Shown here one piece after another: positions 11,571 to 24,950 of a stretch of DNA of 64,000 nucleotides. Made by a program: the position numbers and the translations under genes. A model generated the notes under the pieces. The model was not told the DNA's origin, did no database searches, and saw nothing but the letters and a program-made list of their open reading frames with translations. The DNA lies in NCBI GenBank assembly GCA_965655095.1, contig OZ296649.1:97216001-97280000 (forward strand). The letters are read 5' to 3'. Every line of letters begins with the position of its first letter. Positions within the stretch are counted from its first letter, which is position 1. This DNA comes from Haplodiscus bocki. Lineage: Eukaryota.

Positions 11571-14500
11571 ACCGCACTCTAGCCCAACCTGTCACTTCGG
11601 CTGTCGAACACTTGTCTGGGTAGTAAGCCTTCGTTTATGTTTTCAAAGTTTAGGCTAGTTTCGTCCAAAGGATCCGATATCTCTATTTGACCTCTACTAA
11701 AACCTAATCCCCTGAAGGAAACGCACCGTACGATCGCAATTTTTTTACTGGACTACACATCAGATATTTCGAAATTGACCCATACATGATAATTTTCTCC
11801 AGGTCACAAGTTAGAAAGATAAAAATTATCATCAACAAAAGTCGCCTTCATCTCTTATTGTCTTGCTAGTATTTTTTATTTTCTTTAGAAACAGTCTCAG
11901 TATAAGCAAAAGCTTTTTCCCAAACAAATCAAAGTCTATACTTAAACTCAATTCGTTGTACATTACGCAACAATTCCTTTTTCTCTTTGAAAGAGAGACA
12001 CCAAAGGTTACGGCTGGCATGGAAAATTTTCAACTCGCTTGGTAGCCAAACCAATCGTTAGATAAATAAAGACCTATACATGCAGAAAAATCTCGCTTTT
12101 ATTCTGTCATTTTTTACATTTGCATAGCTAGATTTTTGAAAACTTTTTTTCGCTTCGAGGCCCCAGACGTACAGCGCCGTTTGTTTTAGTTCCAGGAACC
12201 GATCCATGCCTCCTTCAGATGTAGTCAACCTTAGGAAAAACGCAAATCACTTGACTTTGTTTGGTCCAAAGCTTTGGTGACGTCATCTCGTTTTTTGGGA
12301 CATTTTTTATGTCACTCAAGGTACCGTTCCTGATTGCAAGGCCGCATTATTTTATAACTCGTTTGATCTCCATGAATCTTTGTATTTCAAACCTCCCAGC
12401 GCTTAAGCATCGAACTACCTTTGCTCAACGTCAAAACAGAATGGGCGCTGAGAGCGGGCTGCACAAGTAAACTATTATGATCGCCTATTTAAGAAAAACA
12501 CCTTGTTGTCACAATTTTAGGGTGGCACACGGGTCAACAAATCCATACTTTTATTCGCACACCGTGTTCGAGGCGTGAGATAGCAGGAGGCAGCCAGACG
12601 TTACGCAATTACGAAAATTTTTTCCCCAACACGGACATGCGCCACCGATTCGTTGCGAGCAATTTCATTGTGGACCTCTGTGAACAAGCCACCCCAAGTA
12701 GTTTTTACAATCAGTTCTTTCTTGAACCTCCGAAGAAATTGGGTTTTTCACGGTATTCGGGCTAAACATTCCCATTGAACATCCATTGGAAGCTTCAAAA
12801 GTTGCATCGACGCAAGTCAACTTTTTGATGGCCACAGTTTTATAATGATTATTTACTCACTTTTTAAAAGCATCAGCTAAATCACGTCGTAAGTTTTCTG
12901 TAATTGAACGCTCAGTAATGAACTCTTCATTCAATGTGAAGTAGGGCGAACTATTTTCTTAACTAAAAGTTTTAGCGCCAATGAAACGGATGGCCTGGAT
13001 CTCTTCCTAGGAAAAATATTTGCTCCGTTATTTAGTGACACTAGTACCCGTCGTACCTTTCCCCATTCCACCAAAATTTCGAATTTTTTCACGAACCGAC
13101 GGTACCGAAGCCACATTGACTCTTTTTATTTCCTTTTGTTGCTTTTGTAACCATTCTCCAATTGGTCAAAACTTGAAAATTACATGATCGGAAAGTGGTG
13201 GTGAATAATTGTTCAAACCATCCTTGAAACCAGCTGTACAATTGTGCCAAACAAAAAACTTGTTGTTTTAAATCGCTGAGTGCATTCCCCTGAAATCGAT
13301 TTCCTTGTTTGCTCTTGAAAACCTTCCTTTCGTTTATCTAATTGGCATTCGTTTTCTAAACAATCTTATTCACTCTTCTATTCGGCCTCTAATTTCTCTT
13401 TCTGGAAGTAAGAATTACTCTCTCTGGCACGAAAAATTTTCATTCAACGGCTGCATCGTTCGATGTTACGCCACAACTGGTGGTTTTCAATATCCTGATC
13501 TAGGATGCTAGATACAAACGAATTCGCAATGCATTTCGAATGGAAGTTCCTAAAGACTCATTAACATATATCGTCATCCGTCTTTCTTGCGGAGCGGACC
13601 CTGATCTAGGATTGACCCTCCACGACGAGGACTTCTTGCCGCTGGACGCAGGTGCACCAAATTGGAGTGAGTTCGTATCCCTTGTCCACTCCAGCGAATT
13701 TTCCGCCCTCGATCGCATGAATTGCGTGGCTTCGTCAAATTTCACCAATTCAGAAGAAAACTCCTGACAACGTTCGAGCAACTGTGCGAATCTTATAATC
13801 TCGGGCCGCTGTTCTGCGTAACTATTAAAATGAAATATTTGAACACACTATTTCAAAAAAAATGCCTCACTATGGATAAAAAAATGCTCTCTCAATATGT
13901 TTGAGAAAAATGAAAATTCTCGAATTCATGGTCTTCCTAATTCTTTTAGTTACTTTCGAAAAAAATTTGACTTGCCTAAGTTTTAGCCGCTGGATCCTTT
14001 CTGCTGTTTTTGTCCAGATTTGTTTTGGGAAAACTTTGAAACTAATTCGAAAGCATTGTTCCACCAAAAAAAATCCCTCTCCTGCACTATCGCTTGCGCC
14101 AAACTGCGATTCAGATCGTAGCTCCATGTACTACAAAAGTAACTTTACTGTAAATTCAACAACAAAAGTCAACCAAAAAAGTAAAAAAAACACTCCGACA
14201 ACCTATGTTTTTGCGAACTCGTTTTTTTTACAAAATCAATAGCCAGCTCTTTTTTCCTCAGCACGTTTGAAATTTTTTCACCCAAAAATTTAGTGCAAAT
14301 GTCGGATCAGACAAAAAGCCAGACACGCCACGATTTAGCATAGTTGGAATGCAATGCAGTCAAAACTTCTCAGAAATACTGCAATCATAGTTGCCAGAGT
14401 AACCTTGTTTATAGCCAAGCTGATCTCAAGTGGACCATAATTTTTTGGTTTATGCTGTTTCCTTGCCCAGTTTCATTTGTGAGCCTTAACGGCGGAATCC

Positions 14501-14959
14501 TGTTGACATTACAGTTTCCTGTAATTTTTCGAAGTTCTTTTTCCGCAAAAAGCAATTATCCTTGCCGAAATTGCGAACACCATTGTCCATGAATGAAAGG
14601 TTTTCACTTTCAGCTGAAAAACTTGAACTTCCTTTGAATTTTTTGCCAACACAATTAACACAAAAAAGGTCAGGGCGGCGAACGGAAAAGTTTCATTTAT
14701 GGCCAAGTTCAATGTGCCTTTTTTCATTTTTTCTTTTCGATCGTTCGGGTTGGAATTTTCTCAACGTTACCCAACTTTTTAAAAGTGTGACCGTCCTGTT
14801 TAAATGTCATGTTTAGTTCCATCAAAAAATTACGTCCTCGGACTTTTAACACAACGCTTAAAATTGACTTTTACAAAACTTTGACTTGTGCGAATTTTTG
14901 CCCCGACATTTGTGTTGATTACTTTTTTTGTTTACCCTGTGAGAAAGGTTCTCAGTTGA

Positions 14960-17170
14960 ATGCAGCTAAAATCTCATACAAAACTTCTACGTTTTTCTCT
15001 TCGTATTATCCACTCCGACTTCTTTTTGAAGTGACTGGGCCTCCAATATCTAAGCCGCCACGAATGTTGCTGATATTATTGAAAAAAGCATTTTGTTTAC
15101 TGAGGTCAAAAAGATCTAATTGACTGAAAAATTGATACGCGTCGAATTTCTTGTTCTGTTTTCGATCTGCGAAGTACTTATGAAGCTGGATATCGAAAAC
15201 AAATTACACAATTTTCCTTAATGTGGAAAAACACCTTCTCTTTTTTCCTCTCAGTCTTTTGAGCCCCTTCGCGACCAACGCTTCTGGATTCATTCCTAAT
15301 TGCAGGTTACATCATAGTGTTTTTGAAACATCCTCCGCGCACCATTCCCTCAGACAAATCCGCAACGAAATCGCTTTGTTTTTAACAAGTCCTAAGCCTC
15401 CTAAGTCTAGTCGACAACGGCGCGATAATAGTTTGGGCCTGGCTGCTCTTGCCGCCGTTGGGCACTCCGTTTGGTGTCTTGCTGTAGTTGGGTCCACTTC
15501 GTGTGGTTCATGGGGATTTTTGGGAATTGCCAAGATCAATCTACGGTAATTGCTGAAAATTTACGTCACTTTGCTGGTTTCCAAAATCTTCTCTTACCGA
15601 CAACGTTACCAACTTACTGACAGTCACGAATGGCAGGTTTTATTGTCGCAAATGAATTAGCAGACCTCAATTCAATTCAATCTGAAATGGCCTCGATGCA
15701 ATATAAGAACAAGATTATCATCCAAGAACAGTTGGCTATTTATGAACAAATTTTTCACATTTCGCCCGATTGCGACCGACAAACTCTTTTTCCCGCAACA
15801 GCGGCCTAATTTCAATTCTCATACTGTCTCTTTTTTGCTTTCAATGGTTCATGCTAACGTGAAAAACTACCGTTCAGGTTTGTTCAATTTTCGCCTAAAC
15901 ATTGTATATTTAATTCCTGGTTTGCCTGAAGGACATTTGCCGATCTCGATTATACCTATTGTGTCGTTTCTAATGATCATGGATAAAGTTTTTGTCCGGC
16001 AGTCGAAACCCGCCAATCGGTTAACCGTCGCCATCTCTGCGGGTGGTTTTTTGTCCCATATGATTTCTTGCTTCCTGGTTGATACTATTGCGTTATCAGA
16101 AGAACCCCTTTTGACCTTTAACATACCACTTGCTTGACAGCAAACTTTTCCGCATGCTTTTTCCGGACGACCCTCAGACGGCTCTCACATGGAAAACAGA
16201 AGCTCCATATTGAGCCCTCGTTCAGAACAAAATTGATACGTATGTTTTATCTGTGGTACAAGTTGAGCACTATCTGGGTTTGTCGAAGTACCAAATTTGT
16301 TCCGAAGCATTCCCAACACAGGTAAGACACCCCTCTTGTACTGAGAAATTGCAATATTTTAGCCCTGATGTTGATTTAGCTGTTTATGGAAATGATGCTG
16401 TTACATTACCCGGTTTTGAACAAGGAACCAACCTAGGATTTGTTATATGTTTTATTACATATACCAATGGTGATTTCATGTTCCGAGAAACATCCTCCTA
16501 GGCAACATCAACGTCTTCAAGATCATTTGTCGTTTGTCATATTTGCAACATCACCCTTCCGTGTGGCATGCAAGTCCACACGAAGCCTATCATCATAAGA
16601 TCAGATGCTGCATCATGTTCAACTTTCCCTGCAATTAGGTTGCGCTTGTCTTTGCCAGATCCGCTTGAATCATTGATCATGCAAATCACCCCGTTAGACG
16701 ACCTAATTTTATAAAATTGAAAGCCCAAGACGAGGTTTTTTTTACAAAGCAATACGAAAAAGCTGATAAGAGTCTGCCAAGTCAATCAATTGGTGGAAAT
16801 AGCACGTCTTTTCGGAAAAGAAATGATTTTCTTCAAAACTTAGCTGACGAGAAAAGTTAATCATTATGTACAGGTCAAGGTGTTTTTTTACCTCGACACT
16901 CATTGTTTCCATCGTCTCAGCAGTTCTACATCTTTTTTTCATGTATCTCTATTACCAGCTTAATTTTATAGATCGAATTTTTGCGAAATCATCCAGTAAA
17001 GTCATTACTAAAAAACTGGTGCTCCAAGTTCCAAACGAATGCTCAAAGTAACTTTAGAACAAACTCTCGGAAGGCTATCTTTTGCTTGGTACTAATGCGA
17101 TTGAAGTATCACAGAAAACTCAGGACGTCCCTCATAAGGAAACGCCGAACCTAACCTACAAGCAGCTACT
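14960..17170 (+). pseudogene. env: env-like class I fusion glycoprotein remnant of element A
   Basis: ADIIEKSILFTEVKKI*LTEKLIRVEFLV aligns with the element C env N-terminus. RQRR cleavage motif is followed by hydrophobic LGLAALAAVG (~15412-15460). TM segment TSTLIVSIVSAVLHLFFMYLYY at ~16890-16955. Confidence 0.8.
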
Positions 17171-17689
17171 TCAGCTTCATCTGCTGCTTTAAAACCCACC
17201 TATGAGAATCGATCGCGCATGGTTGTGATTGATATCGTGGCTCAACAGGAAAACCCTCACTCGTCAATCGAGAAAATTCTTGTGACCCAAACTTCCAGAG
17301 CATCATTGACTTGATGTCTCCTTTAACATTAATGTGATCAATAACCAAACAAGCCTTTCTCTCAAAATTTAGATGTACCAATCAATTTGTAAATGTAACA
17401 AATTTCGGGCCAAAAAACGCCACATTACACGATGATACAACAAATTTGGACTGGCACAACATCTCCGTCTCAAAACGAGCACTTAACAAAATCCGGACAC
17501 TTTACAATCTTGTGCTATCTATCATCTTAGTATCTCCTTCTACTTATATGAAAACTGTTTGGATATCGTCTCCTTCTTACGATCTACTCAACTTGAGCGT
17601 TTCAGACAAATCCACCAACATCCACACTGGATCCTTCCCAGCGGAAGATGGTCTTTTTCCACAGAATGGAAGGATTTAAGGTTGAGAAG

Positions 17690-18146
17690 TGTCATGTACT
17701 GAAACATTACCTTCGTTGAGGACAGACGAATTTGAAACTAAACTCCGTTTGATATGATATTTTTTCAACTATTGAACTTTATATCAATATCAGTTATCTT
17801 ATTTTTTTGTTCACAATGTGTACTTATTATTGATGAAAGTTGATATCAAAATCAACAACCCAGAAGACTAACAATTGAAATATTGAAAAATTTTTCTCTA
17901 CTGACCAAAAGGAGTATTGCGCCCATGCTCCGGAGGAAGAGCTTCTACGCTCGCCATAAAAATATTTCTCCCGTTTAGAAAAAAAGACTTGAAATAACGA
18001 CATATAAATAGACGTTCAACCATAAACCCAACGGATTCAAGTTTTCAGAAGGTTTCACAAATTCTCAGGATTTTCAGAGAAATTTACCTCAAAAAAATGT
18101 ATATGAGAAGAGACAACACTCTAAGTGCCCTAAAGAGAACTTGAAA
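17690..18146 (+). repeat. 3' LTR of element A (end approximate)
   Basis: TGTCATGTACTG start preceded by GGAAGGATTTAAGGTTGAGAAG (degenerate PPT); direct repeat of 3482 onward. Confidence 0.75.
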
Positions 18147-18189
18147 AAAATTGAATATCAACTTAAGCGTTAGACTAGTAGGCCGTTTT

Positions 18190-18389
18190 NNNNNNNNNNN
18201 NNNNNNNNNNNNNNNNNNNNNNNNNNNNNNNNNNNNNNNNNNNNNNNNNNNNNNNNNNNNNNNNNNNNNNNNNNNNNNNNNNNNNNNNNNNNNNNNNNNN
18301 NNNNNNNNNNNNNNNNNNNNNNNNNNNNNNNNNNNNNNNNNNNNNNNNNNNNNNNNNNNNNNNNNNNNNNNNNNNNNNNNNNNNNNNNN
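18190..18389. other. Assembly gap (200 N)
   Basis: Run of N; true adjacency across it is unverified. Confidence 0.99.
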
Positions 18390-19600
18390 TATCCAGTTAA
18401 TCCTACTGCAGCATGACCAGATGTTGAAAATTTTAATTTTTTGTGTTGAGAAATATCAAACTACTGATGATGACGTAAATCCAAAACATACAAATTATAA
18501 CCAGGTTCATATTCATTTGCTAAATATTCATTAGAGGTGGTTAATTTTATTTGCAATATATGGTTGAAGCGTGATTTTTTTAATCAAAAGTCCAAAACAA
18601 GGGACAATCTCACGACATGCTTGAGAATAATCCTCATGTTCAAAACCACAATTTTTAGCTACATCTGTGTTTTTTTCGTTACCTACAGTTTTTTGAGCAA
18701 TTGTAACACTGGGTTGATCAAATTATTCAATATTTTGTAATTGTAGGTCAAAATGTTCACCGTGCTTGAATCCTATTCTGACATAAAATGGAACATCAGC
18801 TCTTCATTCGAAAATCCATTTTTTTCTGTTGATACATCTTTTTTATCAACGCATCTTTTTTTCATGCTAATACTGTTGCTATTCTTGATACGTTTCGCTT
18901 TATCAATAAATCTTCTTTGGGAAACGTTGGGTGTGAAAGGTGGGACGTACCAACTAAAATAACTGATATGAAATCTTCTCTCTTTATCTCTATTACAAGT
19001 TAGTCTATTAACAGAAAAAGCTCCAGCTCCAGGTTGTTTCTTGAACAAAATATAGCATTTTCTTCATGCTTTGCAGAGCCAAAAACTTTTTAAAAAGAAA
19101 ATCTAGCTGAGTATTTTCCTCTGGTTCTTTCATTCTGAGTGAATTCTTGTTTCGAGTTTCAAAATCTCAATGAGAGCCAATTGACAAATTGTCATTTTGT
19201 TTGCTACTGTTAAATAAATTGTACATCGATCATGCATTTTTAGCATTCTCAATGTTTTCTATTTCCTTTCCAAAGCCAGTACTCAACCTAATGGTGTCCA
19301 GGAGTAAAAGTATCATCAGTTAAAACGTCATGATCATCATTTAGGGAGAGATTCGCACTCTCTGTGTTTCTGGTCATACCTTTTTTTGGAGATTTATGTT
19401 TTCAAGTTCTACTTGTTACTTTCATCTGATTCCCTCTCAAATAAAATATCTGCTTTTGAGGTTTTTGGAAGATCAGATTTTGGTCTTTTTTCCTAATTAT
19501 AAAAAATGACTTGCAGTAGTATCTCGAAAATCTGGTCTAACAAGCTATGTTTTGAAACTCATTTGCTTTAGCAAAACATGTAAAGTGCCAGCATCAGTAG
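18390..19600 (-). pseudogene. Major capsid protein-like remnant (Polinton/adintovirus type)
   Basis: SWYVPPFTPNVSQ...KRCVDKKDVSTEKN (ORF 18773-19048), then GNEKNTDVAKNCGFEHEDYSQACREIVPCF...TLQPYI and GYNLYVLDLRHHQ. These resemble Polinton-like MCP C-terminal motifs as I recall them. Confidence 0.55.
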
Positions 19601-20289
19601 AGTTTTTTTTATTGAAAATCATATAAGCTAAGATTTCCGGAAATTCATCTTTCGAAACTTGAGACTTAAAATGCTTAACCTTAGCATCTTTCCAGAAAAC
19701 ATTATGCTACTCAATTTCGTTTGGATGTTTTTTTTAAAAAAAAGTAATGTACATGATTTTTTATATCTGCATATCTAGGATCCGGTTCTAACATGAATTG
19801 ACGTTTAATGGTTTTCTGTACTGTTACCCGAAATAAATTTTGTATGGTATTTTGTTCTGTTAGTACTTTCGTTTTTTCTTGAAACGTCTGGTGACTTTTT
19901 GAAAGTTGGCTGTTTGCTTGTTGGCTGTAACCGAAACATTACTAGTTCATGGAAAATAGTTAGTGACGTTCTCAGTTTTTGCAGTTGTGGCTTTGTATTC
20001 TTCAAAAACATTTCGCTCTTTTTGTTAACTTTTCTTGTAACTGGTTCGAAAAGTGTTCCAGAAAACCTAGCGTTTTCTCCAAACGCAATTGTGTCAGTTT
20101 TGACTTCAATTCTGCTGTTTTTTCTCAATCTCTTAGATCAGTTATATGTACAACTGAAAAAAATCATCCTTTTTTCCTTCCGAAAAACGTATATTCTCAT
20201 ATTATACGTTTTTGAAAAAGATTCGTTTCTTGTATGCATACACTACACACATCCAGTCTGTTTTCATTACAATCACATAATTAACTTCA

Positions 20290-20800
20290 TTTCTTTTTTA
20301 AACCTATCATTGTGAATCTAAAAACGTTTCTCAAAATTCCATGCTCTTTAACAAAGGATTAATTCACCATATCTCTTATCAATTCCAGCAAAGTCTCGAT
20401 AAAAACTTTGAACATCATTTGAAGTTTGCTTAAACAAGTTAAGTACGTTACTGTTATTTCTTTTTGTTAGGTTTAGTAGATCAAAACACCACTGAATTTG
20501 TTGATATTTCAAAACAACAAACATTAAACAGCTGACATTTTATGCCTTCCCTTGTGAAGATTAGATTAACATGTTTTTGATTAGAATCTAACATAACATC
20601 AAAAACTACAAAACCAACTTCAAAATCAATCATTTTCCTAAATTCTCCTTCGGTATTGAATTCACAAATGTATTGTTGAAGAGATCTAATTGATTTAAAA
20701 AAATGGTCTAGCAAAAAGTGTTCTCAGTTTTTCCAATGAGGATTTTACCGGAAAAAGAAGGACCACCTATCAAAGTTCTAGTATCAATGATAATAGTTCT
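20290..20800 (-). pseudogene. A32/FtsK-like DNA packaging ATPase remnant
   Basis: Walker A RTLIGGPSFSGK at ~20745-20780; Walker B-like GFVVFDVMLDSNQK followed by IFTR(EG), the degenerate FTRGRH arginine motif. Confidence 0.75.
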
Positions 20801-22089
20801 CTCTAATTAAAGTTTTGGTAACGTTTTTTTTCAAGTGAAGCTAAAATAATTTCACAATAGTGTTAATCATTTTCCTTTATATAATTCAATTTTTTATACG
20901 TATATAATTTTTTCAAAGATAGTTATCTCTTCTTAGGAATTCTTTTGTCTACAAACATAAAAAGTCATATTTAAAAACAAAAAATGTCATGTCTTAATTC
21001 TAGATTTATGTCGAGGTTTGGTTCTGCGTTCACTTCTCGTAAAGTTTCCTTTTTTTCCGGAGCGACATTTAATTTTTCTATTTTGTTTACTGAAGAAGTT
21101 TCTGTATTTGACTTTGTTTTTGGAACAAAATTGTCTCTGGTTTCAATTGTATAATTTGTAGAGGCAATACGAAGAAAATAGTAACATTTTTCAACAAAAA
21201 CATTAACTCCTAGACTCTTTCTAAGGATTCTAACAAAAATTTTGTTTGTTTTTTCAGATCTCTCATTATCATTTTTAAATTTTTTTCATTTCAATTTTTG
21301 TCGTAATAAACTTTATTAGCTAACGTTGATGACCCAGTTTCCACAGTAGAAATTGGTATCAAAATCAGACCAATGCCAGTTATTGATGATGTTAAAGAAT
21401 TGGAAAAGGTAGCATTATTAACGAAACAATCAACTGCTTTTCATATAATCGAAAATTTTTGATAGGAGAGATATTTTTGTTTCAAACTACGACTTTGATC
21501 TGCGAAAGAGGTGATCACTTCCTTAAAAATAATAGTAGACTTTTCATAGCTGCTATTATCCTGTTTTTTTTTCAATTCTCTGCGCAACAATTGTAATCGG
21601 TTCTTTTGGTCAGATAGATGTTAAATTTTAGCAGACATATAAACCTATATCTGAAAAAATGTTTCTTTTTAAATATTTAAAAAGTTCAAAGTTTCCAAGA
21701 TACAATTTTTTACCAGTATGGTAAAAAATTGGCACACCCGGAATAGTAAACATAGCTGCTTTGGGACTTTTATATACAGGTGCGGAACATTTTTGTGCTC
21801 CAGTTTCTAAAACTCTTCCAATATTTATCTCATTATTAGTTGCTGGTTCTTAGAAAGCTTCAGCAAAGACTTTGCTTGTATTTTTAAAGAGTTTCCCCAG
21901 TTTTCCAGCTTGTATCGTATTATCACCAACAATCAATTGTTTTTTTTCCTTTTACGTAGAATACATTTACCAAATACTAAACTTTTGACCTGTTTCATCT
22001 GAAGGACCAACGGGAGAAAAATTTTGCAGATTGATGCCGAACGCCGACAAATTAAGAATTGGTTTTTCATAATTCAATTCTATTTCTGA

Positions 22090-23160
22090 TTTTTGTTATT
22101 ATTAAAGTGAAGGTTTAGGTTTCATCAATAAATCCAACAATACATCTGTGATCATCTTCCGAATAGAATGTTAATTTAGTGAACACAGGTTTATTCTTTT
22201 CTCAATAATGTGTTGTTTCTGCTTCACAAAAATTCAGGAATGCAGGTTGTTTATCTAAAATGAAACAATGAAATATTTTTTTCAAAAAACATTTAAATAA
22301 GGTCTGTCTGTGCAATCGCACTTTAAAAGACTTTTATCTAACGTAGTTTTTCAAATTGTTTTGAGCAAAAGATGTGAAAATAGGTTTTCAAGGCCAATTA
22401 AAGCTAATTCTTACTATTGTATTAGAAAAAACGATTTTTCAATTCATCGTAAGTTTTTTTTCAAATTGTGATTTCAGAGTGATAAGTTTTTTGGAAGTGT
22501 TTGCTTTAACGAAAACATCTAAAGCGTTAAATATTTCACTGACTTCTTGGATACTTGGTGGTATCTAGTAGGAGAGGAAGTTTGATCTACATTTTTGTAA
22601 AAAAAAATTATTCTCAAGCTCTTCTATTTGCTTTGTTCTATGAAAATTTTCAAGATCTTGGGAAACAGATTGCTCAAAAATCCTCATAATGCAATCATAA
22701 AAAGAATCTTTAGCTTTGTTACTACATGCAATAGACTTCATTTCCTCTTCCGTTAGAGAGGATTGATTCCTCATTATATTACTATCATCAAACTCAACAT
22801 TCTTCATATTGTCAACAATAAAAGGTCTTGAATAATCATCTTTAAGATCGTCTGAGTGCATGTTTTTCTATCAATTTTAACATTTTTTAAGGAACAATTT
22901 TTCGCCTTCCTCGCAATGGTTTTCGATATATTTAACATTTCTTCTTCTCTTGTTATATTTGAAGCAGAGTTAAAAACTTCTAAACTACTAAATCCTACCA
23001 TCCAAAAACCGTTTTCTAAATGTTATGCTATGTCAAAAAGGAAAGGTTCTCTTGGTTTTGTTATTTTAATACCGAAGGTTTCTTGTGCTTCTGTTTGAGT
23101 CTATTGAATGAGTGTACCAGAAATTTTAAAGAATAAAAGTAACAAAACTTCAGTTACTGT
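22090..23160 (-). pseudogene. Minor capsid (penton)-like remnant, copy 2
   Basis: TQTEAQETFGIKITKPREPF...WMVGFSSLEVFNSASNIT at the N-terminus; NKPVFTKLTFYSEDD at the C-terminus; paralogous to 23330-24380. Confidence 0.5.
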
Positions 23161-23329
23161 TTTAGTTTATAAACATTTAGACACACCTTCAATATTATTC
23201 AGGGTACATAAGTTTTATCCAAAACATAGTACGTCCCCTAAAATTCAGGGTGTAAGATCAGCTTTACCAGCCTTTCTCACTTATTTATTATTTCATAGGA
23301 CCACTACTACCGATTACTTTAATTCCAAA

Positions 23330-24380
23330 ATTTCAATATCAATGTAAAAGTTAAGGTTCTACCATTAGAAACAACTCTGTTGTTTTTATCCTCCTCTACA
23401 TAAAACATAATCTTATTCAAAACAGATAGGTTTATTTCTCTGTAGTGTTTCATTTCATGTTTTTTCACTGTTGTTTAACCAGGAAATTCATCTAAAACAA
23501 AGCTACCCAAAATTGATTGTCTAATTCTTTTTGCAATAAATTCAGCAATGTGAGCATATTTCAAGTGAACCGTAACCATTTCACTAATACTAAATTATTT
23601 TTCGCTAATAGAAGTCACCTAAGCATATTCAGGTCTCGCAAACCCTTACCGTGTATGAAAAAGATTTCTTTTGATAAAATTCAACATTTAAGCCTTTTTT
23701 GGCAAGTATATTCAAAACGATTTTCATTGTAAACTCAGTCGCCATTTTATCAATTTTCACTTTTCCCTGTAAAATAGAATTTGAAGTACTTTCATTTTTG
23801 TTTCTTTTAATTTATATAAACCAAAAATGAGTGGAAAAATTTCGACTTCACCAATAGGTATTTTTATCAACGTATATTCTACTTCATCATATGTTGAAAT
23901 CATTCCAAACACCATATCTTTAAGTTCAGTATAGTTCTTTTCTTAAGTGCTTTGACGAACACAGTTTTTTAATGTAATTTTCGACGTCTGATATTTGCTA
24001 AGTCATTAACACAACTTTTGTTTCTAATCATTTTTTGTTGACTTCTTCCACATGTAAAAGTTTTGATTTGACTTTCTTTCGTCTCTTTTCTTTTTTAATT
24101 TTTCAATTTTGTCAGGATCCTCCCAATTTACTAGTGTAGAGAATAAAAACAAACTGTAATGTTCAAATATTGTGGAAACTGGTTATATGTACTTCTGAAT
24201 TAGTCCTAATTTTCATATTTTTTCTCTTCTACTTCTTAAGATGGGTTTATTGAGAAAGTATCCATTGACTTTGTGAAGTTGAACTCTATGGTCTCTTGTG
24301 TTTTTGTTTTCTTTTGTTAAATTAGCGTATCAGTGTTAATATTTTAAATATATGTTGCAATTCATCTGATTTTTCAAAGT
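23330..24380 (-). pseudogene. Minor capsid (penton)-like remnant, copy 1
   Basis: QETIEFNFTKSMDTFSINP near the start. C-terminal VHLKYAHIAEFIAKRIRQSILGSFVLDEFPG...INLSVLNKIMFYVEEDKNNRVVSNGRTLTFTL resembles Polinton minor capsid C-termini. Confidence 0.55.
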
Positions 24381-24599
24381 TCATTTAATAACCGTAAATC
24401 GTCTATCAGACATATTCTTTTCAATGTTTTTTTTATTAGGATCTAGTGAACGTTTGTTTTTGTCGCTTCCCAATTTGGAGAAATATTGAAACTATATATG
24501 ACAGTTTCACTACGGTGAGCGCTTCGAGCCCGTTCAAAGGGTGAATGTCTCTTACACTGTTATCTGTTTCTATTTTTCTTTGTGACATTTTTTTGCAAA

Positions 24600-24950
24600 A
24601 TATAAATGTAATACATTAGACATAAATCAACCTATTCTTAATATTTTGATTAAGTCGAATTTTTTTTGGAAAAGGCAGCAGAATAACGGTCTTTTTCTTG
24701 GCTTTTATTTGCCGACAAAAAACACATTTCTGTTTTCTTAATAGAATAAACTGCTAAGAAGTTTGATGGTACACAGCGATAAGAATCAAAAGAGGTTTCT
24801 TTTAAATATGCTATCCATTGTGTCTCTGTGAAACTTTGAATATTAACAGTACCGTCTTTTTTCAAAAATTTGTTCTCTAAGGTGTAAAATTTTAATTAAA
24901 ATCCCAGAGTTTTTAGTACTTCTTTTGTGTTAATATCTGATCAAGTTTAA
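24600..24950 (-). pseudogene. Adenain-like maturation cysteine protease remnant
   Basis: GTVNIQSFTETQWIAYLKETSFDSYRCVP...SQEKDRYSAAF matches the adenain pattern xVN...GTHW...FDSYG...Q...C; the catalytic His and Cys positions are mutated. Confidence 0.6.

Larger units (their letters stand above)
3482..18146 (+). mobile_element. Element A: decayed env-bearing Ty3/Gypsy (Metaviridae-like) LTR retroelement, related to element C
   Basis: Direct repeats start TGTCAT at 3482 and 17690, with a purine-rich tract before 17690. Gag, PR, RT, RH, IN and env remnants are colinear with and homologous to 51276-63632. The 3' boundary is approximate. Confidence 0.85.

Noticed and set aside
18151-18534. 127-aa ORF
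   Set aside because: Artefact of translation through the N gap.
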